A DNA stretch of 30,212 bases, from contig JBJFHQ010000370.1 of assembly GCA_051893755.1 (NCBI GenBank), positions 1 to 30,212 of the forward strand, in the 5' to 3' direction. The position numbers and the translations under genes are program-made. Below the pieces are notes generated by a model. The model did not search any database. It saw only the letters and a program-made list of their open reading frames with translations, and had not been told where the DNA came from. Within the stretch, counting starts at the first letter, position 1. Every line of letters begins with the position of its first letter. This DNA is from Oscillospiraceae bacterium (GTDB lineage: Bacteria; Bacillota; Clostridia; Oscillospirales; Ruminococcaceae). Of the stretch, positions 1 through 9,538 are shown in pieces.

Positions 1-83
1 CTGTTCGATTTCGGCTGATGTCTTTTCGTTTTTGCTTTACGGTTACTATCAGCCCCGAACCATCATCGCTGATTGCAAATAGC

Positions 84-2159
84 TCAAATAGCCACATTGC
101 CTACCGCCTGTATCTGCACCGAGTTGTCTATCTCGTTGTAGCTCAGCACCGTGATGTTCGGCATGAACTGGTCAATAAGCTTCTTGAAATATATCCGCAC
201 TATCGGCGATGTTAGAACTATCGGCGACGGGATAATATCCCTTACACGCTCTATCTGCTCGTTTAAGGAGCCTATCAGCTTCTGTATCGACTGGGGATCC
301 ATCGCAAGATATGACCCCTGCTCCGACTTCTTCACCGACGAGATTATCTTATTTTCCGTCTCTGCGTCAAGGGTGAGCACTCTCACCTGACCTGCGTCCG
401 CAAAACGATGTGTTATCGTACGCTTGAGCGCCTGACGAACATATTCGTTGGTGATGTCCATATCGGCAAGATTTTTCTGATTATCCGACAGGGTCTCCAG
501 TATCACCTGCAGGTCTCTGATAGGTACGTTCTCACGAAGCAGCATAGCAAGCTCCTTCTGCAGATAAGCTACCGATACCACAGACGGCACCGTGTCGTCC
601 ACTATGGCAGGATTGCTCTCGTGAAGCTTGTCCAGCATTGTCTTCACGTCCTGACGGGACAGAAGCTCGTGTGCATGAGCCTTTATGACCTCCGACAGAT
701 GTGTTACTATGACCGATGTAGGGTCTACCATAGTATAGCCTGCAATTTCCGCAGCTATCTTGTTCTCCGCAGATACCCACTTTGCAGGTATCTGAAAGGC
801 AGGCTCCACCGTATCAATTCCGTCGACCTCCTTCGAGACGTTTCCGCTGTCTAAGGCAAGAAAGTGATCCATCAGTATCTCCGCCTCCGCCACAGCCTCG
901 CCGCGTATCTTGATGACGTACTGATTGGGATTGATATGCTGATTGTCTCTCATCCGGATAGACGGGAAGACCATTCCCATTTCCTGTGCGAACTGTTTCC
1001 GGAAGATAACGATACGTTCGATAAGCGTTCCTCCGGCGCTTTCGTCCGCCAGCGGGATAAGCGAGTACCCGAACTCCATTTCTATAGGCTCAACGTTTAA
1101 CAGCTTATAAACGTTGTTGATGTCCTTGTAATATTCCATTTCGGAAAGAGCTTCCTTGTTGTCCTCCATTTCCTGCCGCTGCTCTTCAATTTCCTTTTCC
1201 TCGGAGCTGAGGTTCCGCGAGAAAAACACTCCCAGGAATATAAGCGCGCCGCCTATTACCAGAAGCTGTATCTTCGGGAATCCGGGTATCACCATGAGCA
1301 CGATTATCACGATACCGCCGATGATCATCGCTCTCGGCTGTGCAGCGAACTGTCCCGAAACGTCGTCGTTGAGCGTTGACTGTGACGCCGCACGGGTAAC
1401 GATCATACCCATTGATACCGATATCAGCAGCGAGGGTATCTGCGAGCACAGACCGTCACCGACCGTTGATATGGAGTATGTACTGAGGACCTCGGTGAAG
1501 CTCATGCTCTCGAAGATGAGACCCATGATGATTCCGCCGATAAGGTTTACAAGCGTAGCTATAATGGAAAACGTAGCGTCTCCCTTTACGAACTTCGAGG
1601 CACCGTCCATAGAGCCGAAGAAGTCCGACTCACGCTGGATATTGTCTCTTCTGCGTTTAGCCTCGGCGTCGTCGATGATCCCCTGATTAAGGTCAGCGTC
1701 GATAGCCATCTGTTTTCCGGGCATTGCGTCCAGAGTAAATCTTGCAGTAACTTCCGCAACTCTCTCCGCGCCCTTGGTGATAACGACAAGCTGTACCACC
1801 ATTATCAGTATATATACTATGAATCCGACAAGAGCATTTCCCCGCATTACAAAGGAGCCGAACGCTTTGATGATGCTTCCCGCGTCACCCTTGTTGGACA
1901 GGATGAGCTTTGTGGAGGAAATATTCAGTGCCAGTCGGAATATAGTCGTAATAAGGAGCAGCGAGGGGAATATTGAAAATTCCAGCGGCTCCTTGATATT
2001 CATGGTTATGAGCAGGATAAGCACCGAAAGTGCTATATTCAGCGCAAACATGGCGTCGAGCAGCCATGTGGGAAGGGGAATGATAATCATGAAAACGGCA
2101 AGGATAACGAAAACCGTCACGAAGTTGCCGCTGATTATTTTTTTCAGATCAAATTTCAA
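84..2159 (-). CDS. flhA: Flagellar export gate protein FlhA
   Basis: 691 aa; N-terminal TM helices; conserved AERVAEVTARFTLDAMPGKQMAIDADL and FFGSMDGASKFVKGD motifs; TTG start; follows flhB. Confidence 0.98.
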   Translation of the reverse strand: MKFDLKKIISGNFVTVFVILAVFMIIIPLPTWLLDAMFALNIALSVLILLITMNIKEPLEFSIFPSLLLITTIFRLALNISSTKLILSNKGDAGSIIKAFGSFVMRGNALVGFIVYILIMVVQLVVITKGAERVAEVTARFTLDAMPGKQMAIDADLNQGIIDDAEAKRRRDNIQRESDFFGSMDGASKFVKGDATFSIIATLVNLIGGIIMGLIFESMSFTEVLSTYSISTVGDGLCSQIPSLLISVSMGMIVTRAASQSTLNDDVSGQFAAQPRAMIIGGIVIIVLMVIPGFPKIQLLVIGGALIFLGVFFSRNLSSEEKEIEEQRQEMEDNKEALSEMEYYKDINNVYKLLNVEPIEMEFGYSLIPLADESAGGTLIERIVIFRKQFAQEMGMVFPSIRMRDNQHINPNQYVIKIRGEAVAEAEILMDHFLALDSGNVSKEVDGIDTVEPAFQIPAKWVSAENKIAAEIAGYTMVDPTSVIVTHLSEVIKAHAHELLSRQDVKTMLDKLHESNPAIVDDTVPSVVSVAYLQKELAMLLRENVPIRDLQVILETLSDNQKNLADMDITNEYVRQALKRTITHRFADAGQVRVLTLDAETENKIISSVKKSEQGSYLAMDPQSIQKLIGSLNEQIERVRDIIPSPIVLTSPIVRIYFKKLIDQFMPNITVLSYNEIDNSVQIQAVGNVAI

Positions 2160-2188
2160 TCGGGTTTACAGCCTGCCTTTCTCAAAAT

Positions 2189-3298
2189 TCACTGTTTTTT
2201 ATTCTTTGCAACGGGAGGAGCCTTCTTCTGAAGATCATATACGAAGATAAGGACCTCCGCCACCTCATGGTAAAATTCAAATGGTATCTGCCTGTCCACC
2301 TCAGCCCTTTCGTAAAGAGCCCTTGCAAGGGGACGGTTTTCCACCAGTACAACTCCGTTATCCTCCGCCATCTTGATTATCCTGAGTGCGGAGCGGTCGG
2401 AGCCCTTAGCTGTGACTATGGGAGCTTCTCCCACGTCGGGGTCATATCTGAGAGCCACCGCATAATGAGTAGGGTTTCTTATAACAACATCGGCATCCTT
2501 CACGTTCTGCATCATAAGATTGTGAAGCTCCATCTGCTTCTGACGGCGCTTCCCCTTTATTTTGGGGTCTCCCTCGGTGTTCTTGTACTCGTCCTTGACC
2601 TCCTGCTTGGTCATCTTCATATCCTTCTCGAAGGACATTTTCTGAAAGAAAAAATCAAGCACAGCGATCGCCACGAATATCAGGCACACCTGCATTACTA
2701 TATTAAATATTGCGTCCGCCATATAGACGAACGATGCCTGCGGTTCAAGCTGAAAAAGTCTTGCAAACTCGGGCATACGGCTCTTGAACTCCAGAAAAAC
2801 CACCGTACCCACCGCGATAAGCTTCAGCAGAGATTTTCCCAGTTCAAACAGAGCCTTTCCGGAAAACATTCTTTTCAGTCCGTTCAAGGGATTGAGCTTG
2901 CTGAGCTTAGGCTTCATGCTTTCCTGTGAAAAGAGGAATTTCGTCTGTATACCGGTAGCAATGACCGTGACCAGGATACCGCATATCATGGCAGGACCTG
3001 CCGCTGCGGCAACTGTCTTTACGGCGCTGACGAAGATGGTCATTCCGGGCGAGCGTCCGTCGATAGTTCCGTCCTCGCCGAAGCCCTTTCCGCATATGCT
3101 CATCCAGTATTCGATATTTTCGGTTATCACCTTATAGCTGAGCTTTGCGCACAGCCGCATCACTGCGAAGCCTATCAGCAGGAATGCAACCGAGACAACG
3201 TCGTTGCTCTTGGCGACCTGACCTTTTTTTCTCGCTTCTTTGAGCCTTTTCGGGGTGGCTTTTTCGGTTTTTTCCTCGCCGTTTTCATTCTCTGCCAT
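2189..3298 (-). CDS. flhB: Flagellar export switch protein FlhB
   Basis: 369 aa; EKTEKATPKRLKEARKKGQV N-terminus, EYKNTEGDP, and NPTH autocleavage motif. Confidence 0.98.
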   Translation of the reverse strand: MAENENGEEKTEKATPKRLKEARKKGQVAKSNDVVSVAFLLIGFAVMRLCAKLSYKVITENIEYWMSICGKGFGEDGTIDGRSPGMTIFVSAVKTVAAAAGPAMICGILVTVIATGIQTKFLFSQESMKPKLSKLNPLNGLKRMFSGKALFELGKSLLKLIAVGTVVFLEFKSRMPEFARLFQLEPQASFVYMADAIFNIVMQVCLIFVAIAVLDFFFQKMSFEKDMKMTKQEVKDEYKNTEGDPKIKGKRRQKQMELHNLMMQNVKDADVVIRNPTHYAVALRYDPDVGEAPIVTAKGSDRSALRIIKMAEDNGVVLVENRPLARALYERAEVDRQIPFEFYHEVAEVLIFVYDLQKKAPPVAKNKKQ

Positions 3299-3332
3299 TT
3301 ACAACCACCACTCTTTCGCAAGGGAGAAGACT

Positions 3333-4115
3333 TTACACAAATATCTGCGGTATGATGTTAAGGGCGCTGTCAAGCATATCCGCCACGTATCTGTCGATAA
3401 AATCCGCCATAGGCGCAGCTATGATAAACAGCACGATAAATCCCACTGCAAGCATCAGCTGGATATTCAGCACCATTATCTGGATCTGCGGAACAGCCTT
3501 CATCAGCACGCCCACGCAGAAATGAAGTATCATTTCCGCCGCAATGACAGGCATTGCAAGCTTTAATGCCATTACCAGTATCTCGCTGAAAAAGCTGCAG
3601 ATTATCATTCCGAGGTCGGGATTGAGCTCTCCGCCCCCAAGGGGGATCATCTCAAAGGAGGTGATGAAAATTTCCACCACCGTAAGATGACAGTCGGTCA
3701 CAAAAAAGTACATATACAACATAAAGCTGATAAAGGAACCGAATATCGACATCTGAATCTTCGTGTCGGGGTCGAAAACCTTTGCCATGCCAAGACCTGT
3801 CTGTGAATCCATGACATCTCCGGAAAACTGCACCATAAGCATGAACATGTTCATCACAAAGCCGATAACTATCCCGATGAACATCTCACGTAAAATGGCG
3901 ACTATATACGCTCCCACGGTAACTCCGGTATCGACCTCGGTCACCCCCATGGTCAGCGTGATAATGTATGTTATGAGCAGCGACGCTCCTATCTTTGCCT
4001 GCGTGGGAAAGCTGTCCCGCGAAAGCAGGGGAGTGAACGCAAATACTCCGATAATGCGCGCAAAGATCAGTATTTTGACATCCAAGCTGCCTAAAAGAAG
4101 CTCCCAGAAATCCAT
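3333..4115 (-). CDS. fliR: Flagellar export protein FliR
   Basis: 260 aa hydrophobic; FARIIGVFAFTP, GDVMDSQTGLGMA, KAVPQIQI motifs; between fliQ and flhB. Confidence 0.96.
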   Translation of the reverse strand: MDFWELLLGSLDVKILIFARIIGVFAFTPLLSRDSFPTQAKIGASLLITYIITLTMGVTEVDTGVTVGAYIVAILREMFIGIVIGFVMNMFMLMVQFSGDVMDSQTGLGMAKVFDPDTKIQMSIFGSFISFMLYMYFFVTDCHLTVVEIFITSFEMIPLGGGELNPDLGMIICSFFSEILVMALKLAMPVIAAEMILHFCVGVLMKAVPQIQIMVLNIQLMLAVGFIVLFIIAAPMADFIDRYVADMLDSALNIIPQIFV

Positions 4116-4128
4116 TGCTTATCTCCCG

Positions 4129-4416
4129 TCAGCTTATGACGCCCGAATGACTGCTGACCTCGGCTATCATTTCCATTATATACTGCATGAACTCCATAAG
4201 GGTAGCGGTAAAAAACGAACCCAGCACAAACAGCAGAAGCGAGATAATGACCAGCTTCGGTACGAATGTGAGCGTCTGTTCGTGGACCTGAGTTGCCGCC
4301 TGTATCACGGCGATAACAAGTCCCACGATCATACTTATTATCAGAAGCGGACCTGCGATCTTAAATACGACCATCATCGCATTCCTGAATATCTGAAGAA
4401 TGGTATCCTCGGTCAA
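4129..4416 (-). CDS. fliQ: Flagellar export protein FliQ
   Basis: 95 aa; GLVIAVIQAATQVHEQTLTFVPK signature. Confidence 0.97.
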   Translation of the reverse strand: MTEDTILQIFRNAMMVVFKIAGPLLIISMIVGLVIAVIQAATQVHEQTLTFVPKLVIISLLLFVLGSFFTATLMEFMQYIMEMIAEVSSHSGVIS

Positions 4417-4429
4417 TCACTCCGCCTCC

Positions 4430-5344
4430 TTACATATTAAATCCCGTTACCAGCGAGCCGATAAGCAGCGACCAGCCGTCAACCAGCACGAACAGCATGA
4501 GCTTGAAGGGCATGGATATCGTCGCAGGCGGCAGCATCATCATACCCATCGACATAAGCACCGACGCTACGATAACATCTATCACAAGAAACGGCACATA
4601 CAGCATAAAGCCGATCTCAAAGCCCGTTTTAAGCTCGCTCATTATAAACGCAGGGACAACCGTCGTAAAGGGCACCTTTTCAAGGAATTCCTCCTCTGTT
4701 GCGGACTGAAGCTCCTCGGCGCTGTCGGTAAGATTTATGAAAAACGCCATGGAATCCTCCTCGGTATTTTTCAGCATCCATTCCTTAAGGGGCACCGACG
4801 ATCTCTGTACAGCCTCCACGGTAGTTATCTCGCCGTTTTTATAGGGCACATAAGCCACCTCGTTCATCTCGCTGAACACAGGCTGCATAATAAAAAGCGT
4901 CAGAAACAGCGCAAGACCCATAAGCACCTGACTTGGAGGCGTGGATTGAAGCGACATTGCGTTTCTGAGCAGTGAAAAGGATATTATCAGTCTGGTAAAG
5001 CAGGTCAGCATTATCAGCAGAGACGGCGCTATGGAAATTATCGTGATGAGCAGCACAAGGTCTATTGTATTTGTGTTGTTGTTCAGATCAAGATAATCCA
5101 GAATAGTCTGCGCGTCGGTGGTAGTTCCCGTATCTGCGGTGCTTTCGGGGATCTCATAGGGCGTTTCCACGTCAAGAGCATCGGAAACGGTCTGAGTCTG
5201 CTGCACTGCCTCGGTCTGAGCAGGAGCTTCGGTAACAGCACCGCTGCCGTCCATAGCAGCAGAAACGCCGAACGCACTTACAAGCACGGCTGCCGAGCAC
5301 ACTGCGGCTGCGCAGACAGACTTTATTATATTACGCAGCTTCAT
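4430..5344 (-). CDS. fliP: Flagellar export protein FliP with signal peptide and acidic N-terminal linker
   Basis: 304 aa; LTCFTRLIISFSLLRNAM, PAFIMSELKTGF, MGMMMLPP, PFKLMLFVLVDGW motifs; ATGA overlap with fliO stop. Confidence 0.97.
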   Translation of the reverse strand: MKLRNIIKSVCAAAVCSAAVLVSAFGVSAAMDGSGAVTEAPAQTEAVQQTQTVSDALDVETPYEIPESTADTGTTTDAQTILDYLDLNNNTNTIDLVLLITIISIAPSLLIMLTCFTRLIISFSLLRNAMSLQSTPPSQVLMGLALFLTLFIMQPVFSEMNEVAYVPYKNGEITTVEAVQRSSVPLKEWMLKNTEEDSMAFFINLTDSAEELQSATEEEFLEKVPFTTVVPAFIMSELKTGFEIGFMLYVPFLVIDVIVASVLMSMGMMMLPPATISMPFKLMLFVLVDGWSLLIGSLVTGFNM

Positions 5345-5718
5345 GTTCCCTTACCGTCCTTTTTGTTTCCTCCGAATTTTTCCTTTATATTCTCGGCAAG
5401 ATAATCGGTAAAGGTCTTGCCGCCGTTATCCGCGGAGCTTACCTCCGTGGTCATCGCGGCGATATCCTCGTCGCTCAGCTCGCACAGCACGGATATCTCA
5501 GTCCCCGTCACTCCAAGCAGCAGCTTTTTTTCTCCTGCCTGAACGGCGGCGATAAACTTATCCTGACCGATACCCGCGCAGTCAATTATCCTGATCCCCT
5601 TACCGTCCGACCCGCGGAAATTGAATTTCTTCATAAGTCCCTTGGTCAGGTACATGGTAATGAAGATCAGTCCTATTACCGCAGCAAGAGCCACGATAAC
5701 AGTGAAAAATTCAGTCAT
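5341..5718 (-). CDS. fliO: Flagellar protein FliO/FliZ
   Basis: One N-terminal TM helix, then IGQDKFIAAVQAGEKKLLLGVT; position between cheY and fliP; start moved to ATG 5718, which follows SD AGGAG. Confidence 0.88.
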   Translation of the reverse strand: MTEFFTVIVALAAVIGLIFITMYLTKGLMKKFNFRGSDGKGIRIIDCAGIGQDKFIAAVQAGEKKLLLGVTGTEISVLCELSDEDIAAMTTEVSSADNGGKTFTDYLAENIKEKFGGNKKDGKGT

Positions 5719-5746
5719 GAAAAATCTCCTATAAATAACGCACAAT

Positions 5747-5780
5747 GCACGGCTTGAGCAGATAATGCCCCCCGCCGTGC
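5747..5780. other. Intergenic stem-loop between cheY and fliO
   Basis: Inverted repeat GCACGGC (5747-5753) / GCCGTGC (5774-5780); no U-tract after it on the minus strand, so not a clear terminator. Confidence 0.45.
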
Positions 5781-5793
5781 CTATGTAATACGA

Positions 5794-6156
5794 TCAACCG
5801 ATGATCTTCTGAACTGTCTGAATGATCCTGTCGGGCTTGAAGGGCTTAACGATAAAGTCCAGAGCGCCCAGCTTGATAGCCTCAACTACCATAGCCTCCT
5901 GACCCATTGCAGAGCACATAACGATCTTTGCGCCGGGGTCAGCCTTTTTGATGTCTCTGAGCGCTTCGATACCCGTTTTATTCGGCATGGTGATATCCAT
6001 AATTACGAGGTCGGGCTTTTCCGAAGCATAGGTGTTGCAGGCGATCTCTCCGTCAGCGGCTTCGATGATGTTGGTATAGCCGTTCTTTGTAAGAGCGTCC
6101 TTGATCATCATCCTCATGAAAGCTGCGTCGTCAACAAGTAAAATCTTCTTATCCAT
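5794..6156 (-). CDS. cheY: Chemotaxis response regulator CheY
   Basis: 120 aa single receiver domain: ILLVDDAAFMR, DLVIMDITMP (phospho-Asp), CSAMGQ, KPF; follows fliY as in Firmicutes. Confidence 0.96.
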   Translation of the reverse strand: MDKKILLVDDAAFMRMMIKDALTKNGYTNIIEAADGEIACNTYASEKPDLVIMDITMPNKTGIEALRDIKKADPGAKIVMCSAMGQEAMVVEAIKLGALDFIVKPFKPDRIIQTVQKIIG

Positions 6157-6162
6157 GGTTAT

Positions 6163-7539
6163 TTACTCCTTACCTAAATTATCTAAAAATTTTGATCGGA
6201 TTATTTCGGTTATTCTGACCGCGAAATTGTCGTCGATAACCACAACGTCGCCCTTGGCGATAAGATGTCCGTTTACGATAACGTCAACGGGCGCGCCTGC
6301 CTGTCTTTCAAGCTCGATGATCGTTCCCTGTGTGAACTCAAGGATCTCCTTGATCTTCTTCTTGGTAGAGCCGATCTCGACGGTGATATTGAGCGGAACT
6401 CCCATAAGAAGCTGAAGATTATCGTTCTGCTCCTCAGTGAGGTCCTTGTTTTTATAATTTTCAAAGCTTTGCAGCTGAACTGCCTGAACATTAACGGGGT
6501 TATGCTGCGGAGGCACCTGCATTACGGGCTGACCGTAGCCATATGGAGCCTGTGCCGCATATCCGCCGTAGGGCATCCCGTTTATGGGCTGCATCTGAGG
6601 CTGCTGAGGGATATTCATGCCCGGGTTCTGCTGCATCTGCGGCATACCCTGCATTGCTGCGGGCTGTGGCTGCGGCTGGGACTGAGAGACATCAGTCTGT
6701 GACAGTACCGTTCCGCCGTTAAGCAGAGCGTTTATCTCCTCCTGGCTCATCATACCTCCCGAGGAGGGAGCTGGCTGAGGAGCCGGCTCAGGCTCTGCCA
6801 TAGATTTGGGAAGGCTCTCGGTACCGTTAAGCAGTGCGTTTATTTCCTCCTGGCTCATGGAGGAACCTGATGAAGCGCTCTGCTGCGAAGCAGGTTCGGG
6901 CTCGGGCTCCTGCGGAGAACCGTAGCTGGACATCATCTTTGAAGCCATTTCCTTAGCAAGATCAATGGTCAGAACGGAAATAAACTCAGAATTTATCACT
7001 CCGTCGATTGTAAGGTTGAACTTGACCTTGCAGACATATTCATCCGGATCTGCGGCATATACCGAGGCTGCAGAGTCATCATCGCTTTTCTGCACGAAGG
7101 CTTCGGGCGTTGAAATATCTATTGGTGTATCAATAAGCTCGGACAGTGCAGTCGCGGACGCTCCCATCATCTGGTTCATGACCTCGCAGACCGCCGAGAT
7201 ATTCATCTCATCGAATTCAAAATCGTCCGTGACCTCCAGCGGAAGTCCCATAAGCTGATCAAGAATAAGCTGCACGTCGTTCTGTTTAAGAACGAGGACA
7301 TTCTGTCCCTTTACGCCTAAGATATATTCGATCTTTACTCGTATTGAAGGTTCAAGCTCTGGATATGTAAGATCCCCCGCCTTTACGATGCTGACCGTAG
7401 GAGTAGTGATCCACACCTTGGCGCTGAGCATATTGGATACGGCGGTTGCGGCAGAGCCCATGGTGATATTCATTATCTCACCGATGGCATCTTTTTCAAT
7501 ATCGCCGAAGCCGTCGATTACAACGTTCTCATCACTCAT
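6163..7539 (-). CDS. fliY: Flagellar switch phosphatase FliY (CheC-like domain + FliN/SpoA domain)
   Basis: 458 aa; two CheC-type sites (DAIGEIMN, SAVCEVMN); C-terminal LLMGVPLNITVEIG...GDVVVIDDNFAVRIT FliN domain. Confidence 0.95.
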   Translation of the reverse strand: MSDENVVIDGFGDIEKDAIGEIMNITMGSAATAVSNMLSAKVWITTPTVSIVKAGDLTYPELEPSIRVKIEYILGVKGQNVLVLKQNDVQLILDQLMGLPLEVTDDFEFDEMNISAVCEVMNQMMGASATALSELIDTPIDISTPEAFVQKSDDDSAASVYAADPDEYVCKVKFNLTIDGVINSEFISVLTIDLAKEMASKMMSSYGSPQEPEPEPASQQSASSGSSMSQEEINALLNGTESLPKSMAEPEPAPQPAPSSGGMMSQEEINALLNGGTVLSQTDVSQSQPQPQPAAMQGMPQMQQNPGMNIPQQPQMQPINGMPYGGYAAQAPYGYGQPVMQVPPQHNPVNVQAVQLQSFENYKNKDLTEEQNDNLQLLMGVPLNITVEIGSTKKKIKEILEFTQGTIIELERQAGAPVDVIVNGHLIAKGDVVVIDDNFAVRITEIIRSKFLDNLGKE

Positions 7540-7543
7540 TTTT

Positions 7544-8548
7544 CTACCTCAATTCTTTATAAATATTATCAATTTTAATTGCCTTTCGGTTGTTGTATAC
7601 GCCAAGCTTTCCGTCAAACCAGCGGTGACCGCCGACCTTGACCGTAACATTTTCATCAATAGGCATATTAAGCGGAATAACGTCGTCGACCTGCAGCGTA
7701 AGTATATCGTAGAGATCCACGTCCGTTTCGCACAGAACTGCGTCGATCTGAAGTCCGGAATCCTTTATATTGTCAAGAATACTCTGTCTGCGCTCGTTTT
7801 CCCTGTTGGGGTCAAGCTTCTTGGTATTTCTCGCCCACTTGTCGCTGAACTTGCTCATGACCGATTCAAGGTTCATAGCGGGAATACATATTGACATTGT
7901 ATTCTTGACATCCTTGATCTCGATCTCGAACATTCCCAGCACGATGACCTCGTCAGGCGGGATAGACTGCATCACACGGGAATTGGTCTCCACATTGGTA
8001 AGTCCGGGGTCAAGGTCGATATACTGACCCCAGGGCTCCTTAAGAAGCTCCGCCATGGACGTCATAACGTTGGTCATAAGACCTACCTCAAGCTCGGTGA
8101 AATCACGGGTTATCTCGGTATACGCTCCCGAACCGCCCATAAGCCTGTCCATTATCGTAAAGGTAATGGGGTTGGAAAGCTGCATTATCACCGACATTTC
8201 GAGAACATCCTCATCGGAAACTCCCATATCTATAAGACCCATCATTACGTAATCGGGCAGCGCATTATTGAATTCGTAGTAATGCTGCTCCTCTATCTGG
8301 AGCACCTCCACCTTGCAGTAAATGCGCATAAGTCCCGTAAGATACGAAGAAAGGGTTCTCGCATAGTTTTCTAAAATACCTTCAATTATTTTAAGTTTTT
8401 CTTTTGTAAATTTCTTAGGCGTCTTGAAATCGTAGTTTTTAATTTTTTTCTCTGCCTCGTCTTCGATCTCCTCAAAGGCCTTTTCGCCCTGAGTGCTGAA
8501 GCTGTTCAGCAGTTCGTCGATCTGCTGCTGCGACAGAACATCCGCCAT
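7544..8548 (-). CDS. fliM: Flagellar motor switch protein FliM
   Basis: 334 aa; N-terminal VLSQQQIDELL CheY-binding motif, YDFKTPKKF, C-terminal SpoA domain. Confidence 0.97.
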   Translation of the reverse strand: MADVLSQQQIDELLNSFSTQGEKAFEEIEDEAEKKIKNYDFKTPKKFTKEKLKIIEGILENYARTLSSYLTGLMRIYCKVEVLQIEEQHYYEFNNALPDYVMMGLIDMGVSDEDVLEMSVIMQLSNPITFTIMDRLMGGSGAYTEITRDFTELEVGLMTNVMTSMAELLKEPWGQYIDLDPGLTNVETNSRVMQSIPPDEVIVLGMFEIEIKDVKNTMSICIPAMNLESVMSKFSDKWARNTKKLDPNRENERRQSILDNIKDSGLQIDAVLCETDVDLYDILTLQVDDVIPLNMPIDENVTVKVGGHRWFDGKLGVYNNRKAIKIDNIYKELR

Positions 8549-8584
8549 ATGCGTTCACCTTCATTTTTTCTTTTCTGTTTATGT

Positions 8585-9538
8585 TTATTCCTCGTCATCC
8601 TCGTTCTCTCTGAGTCCGGGGATATCGTGAGGAAGCGTACTCAGCACATCCTCCTTGGAAACGTAATCCCTGTCGGGGTCGCTTCTTGAAGGAGAAACGT
8701 TCTCTTCAGAGGGAGCCGCCGTCACCACATCTCCGCCTTCCGAATCGGAATAGCCTGCAAAGCTCGAACCGAATTCCAGTTCAAAAAGCTCTTCGATAAC
8801 GGCAGGATCTTCAAAATCCACATCATTTCTGACGAATACTATTTCAACTCTTCTGTTGATGCTGCGGTTTTCGGGAGTATCGTTAGCCACAACGGGACGA
8901 TATTTTCCGTAGCCTGCGGACTGGAACTTATCCGCGTCGCAGCAGTCCAGACTGAGCATATAGTTAATGACCGAATCGGCGCGTCCCGAAGAAAGTCTCC
9001 ATTCATTGACATCTGAGCCGAAGCTTTCGGCGGTATGACCGCTGACCTTAATTGACAGGATATGGTCGTCCACAGCTCTGATACCGTCGCAGATTATCTC
9101 AAGGACATACTGACCCTCTTCAAGAAGCTCGTCGGAATCGCCCGCAAAGAACACGCTGTCGCGGAACTTCATATAGACGCCCGTCTTAGCCATCTCCACA
9201 CTGACGCTTTCGTCAAGTCCTGCAGAGGAGACCGCCTCCTTAAGATACGTATAAAAATCCTCAAAGTCTATCTTTTCGGCATCCTGAGTCGATTCATCAT
9301 CGACGTAAACAGCCTCCTCGTCCTTATCGATCTTTTCCTCATTGGAGACCACCACATTGATGATATCGCCCTTACCGGTTGAAAAGGCCTGAGCGATAGC
9401 CTGCCATTTGTTTTCATCCATATTAGACATCGAATAAAGCAGAACGAAGAAGCACATGATAAGCGTTATCATATCACCATAGGTGTCCATCCAGTTAGGG
9501 CCGCTGTCTCCGCCTCCGCCGCTTTTTTTCCTTGCCAT
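8585..9538 (-). CDS. motB: Flagellar stator B subunit (MotB/MotS/PomB family)
   Basis: 317 aa; WMDTYGDMITLIMCFFVLLYSMS TM with conserved Asp; OmpA-like domain GHTA...WRLSSGRA...NRRVEI. Confidence 0.95.
   Translation of the reverse strand: MARKKSGGGGDSGPNWMDTYGDMITLIMCFFVLLYSMSNMDENKWQAIAQAFSTGKGDIINVVVSNEEKIDKDEEAVYVDDESTQDAEKIDFEDFYTYLKEAVSSAGLDESVSVEMAKTGVYMKFRDSVFFAGDSDELLEEGQYVLEIICDGIRAVDDHILSIKVSGHTAESFGSDVNEWRLSSGRADSVINYMLSLDCCDADKFQSAGYGKYRPVVANDTPENRSINRRVEIVFVRNDVDFEDPAVIEELFELEFGSSFAGYSDSEGGDVVTAAPSEENVSPSRSDPDRDYVSKEDVLSTLPHDIPGLRENEDDEE

Noticed and set aside
13-54. GGCTGAT/ATCAGCC inverted repeat after the flhA stop
   Set aside because: 7-bp stem with a 28-nt loop and no U-tract on the minus strand; at the window edge, too weak to call a terminator.
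1-66. Possible start of a downstream gene (MMFGADSNRK...)
   Set aside because: No SD, only 22 codons visible, and no resemblance to FlhF or other expected genes.
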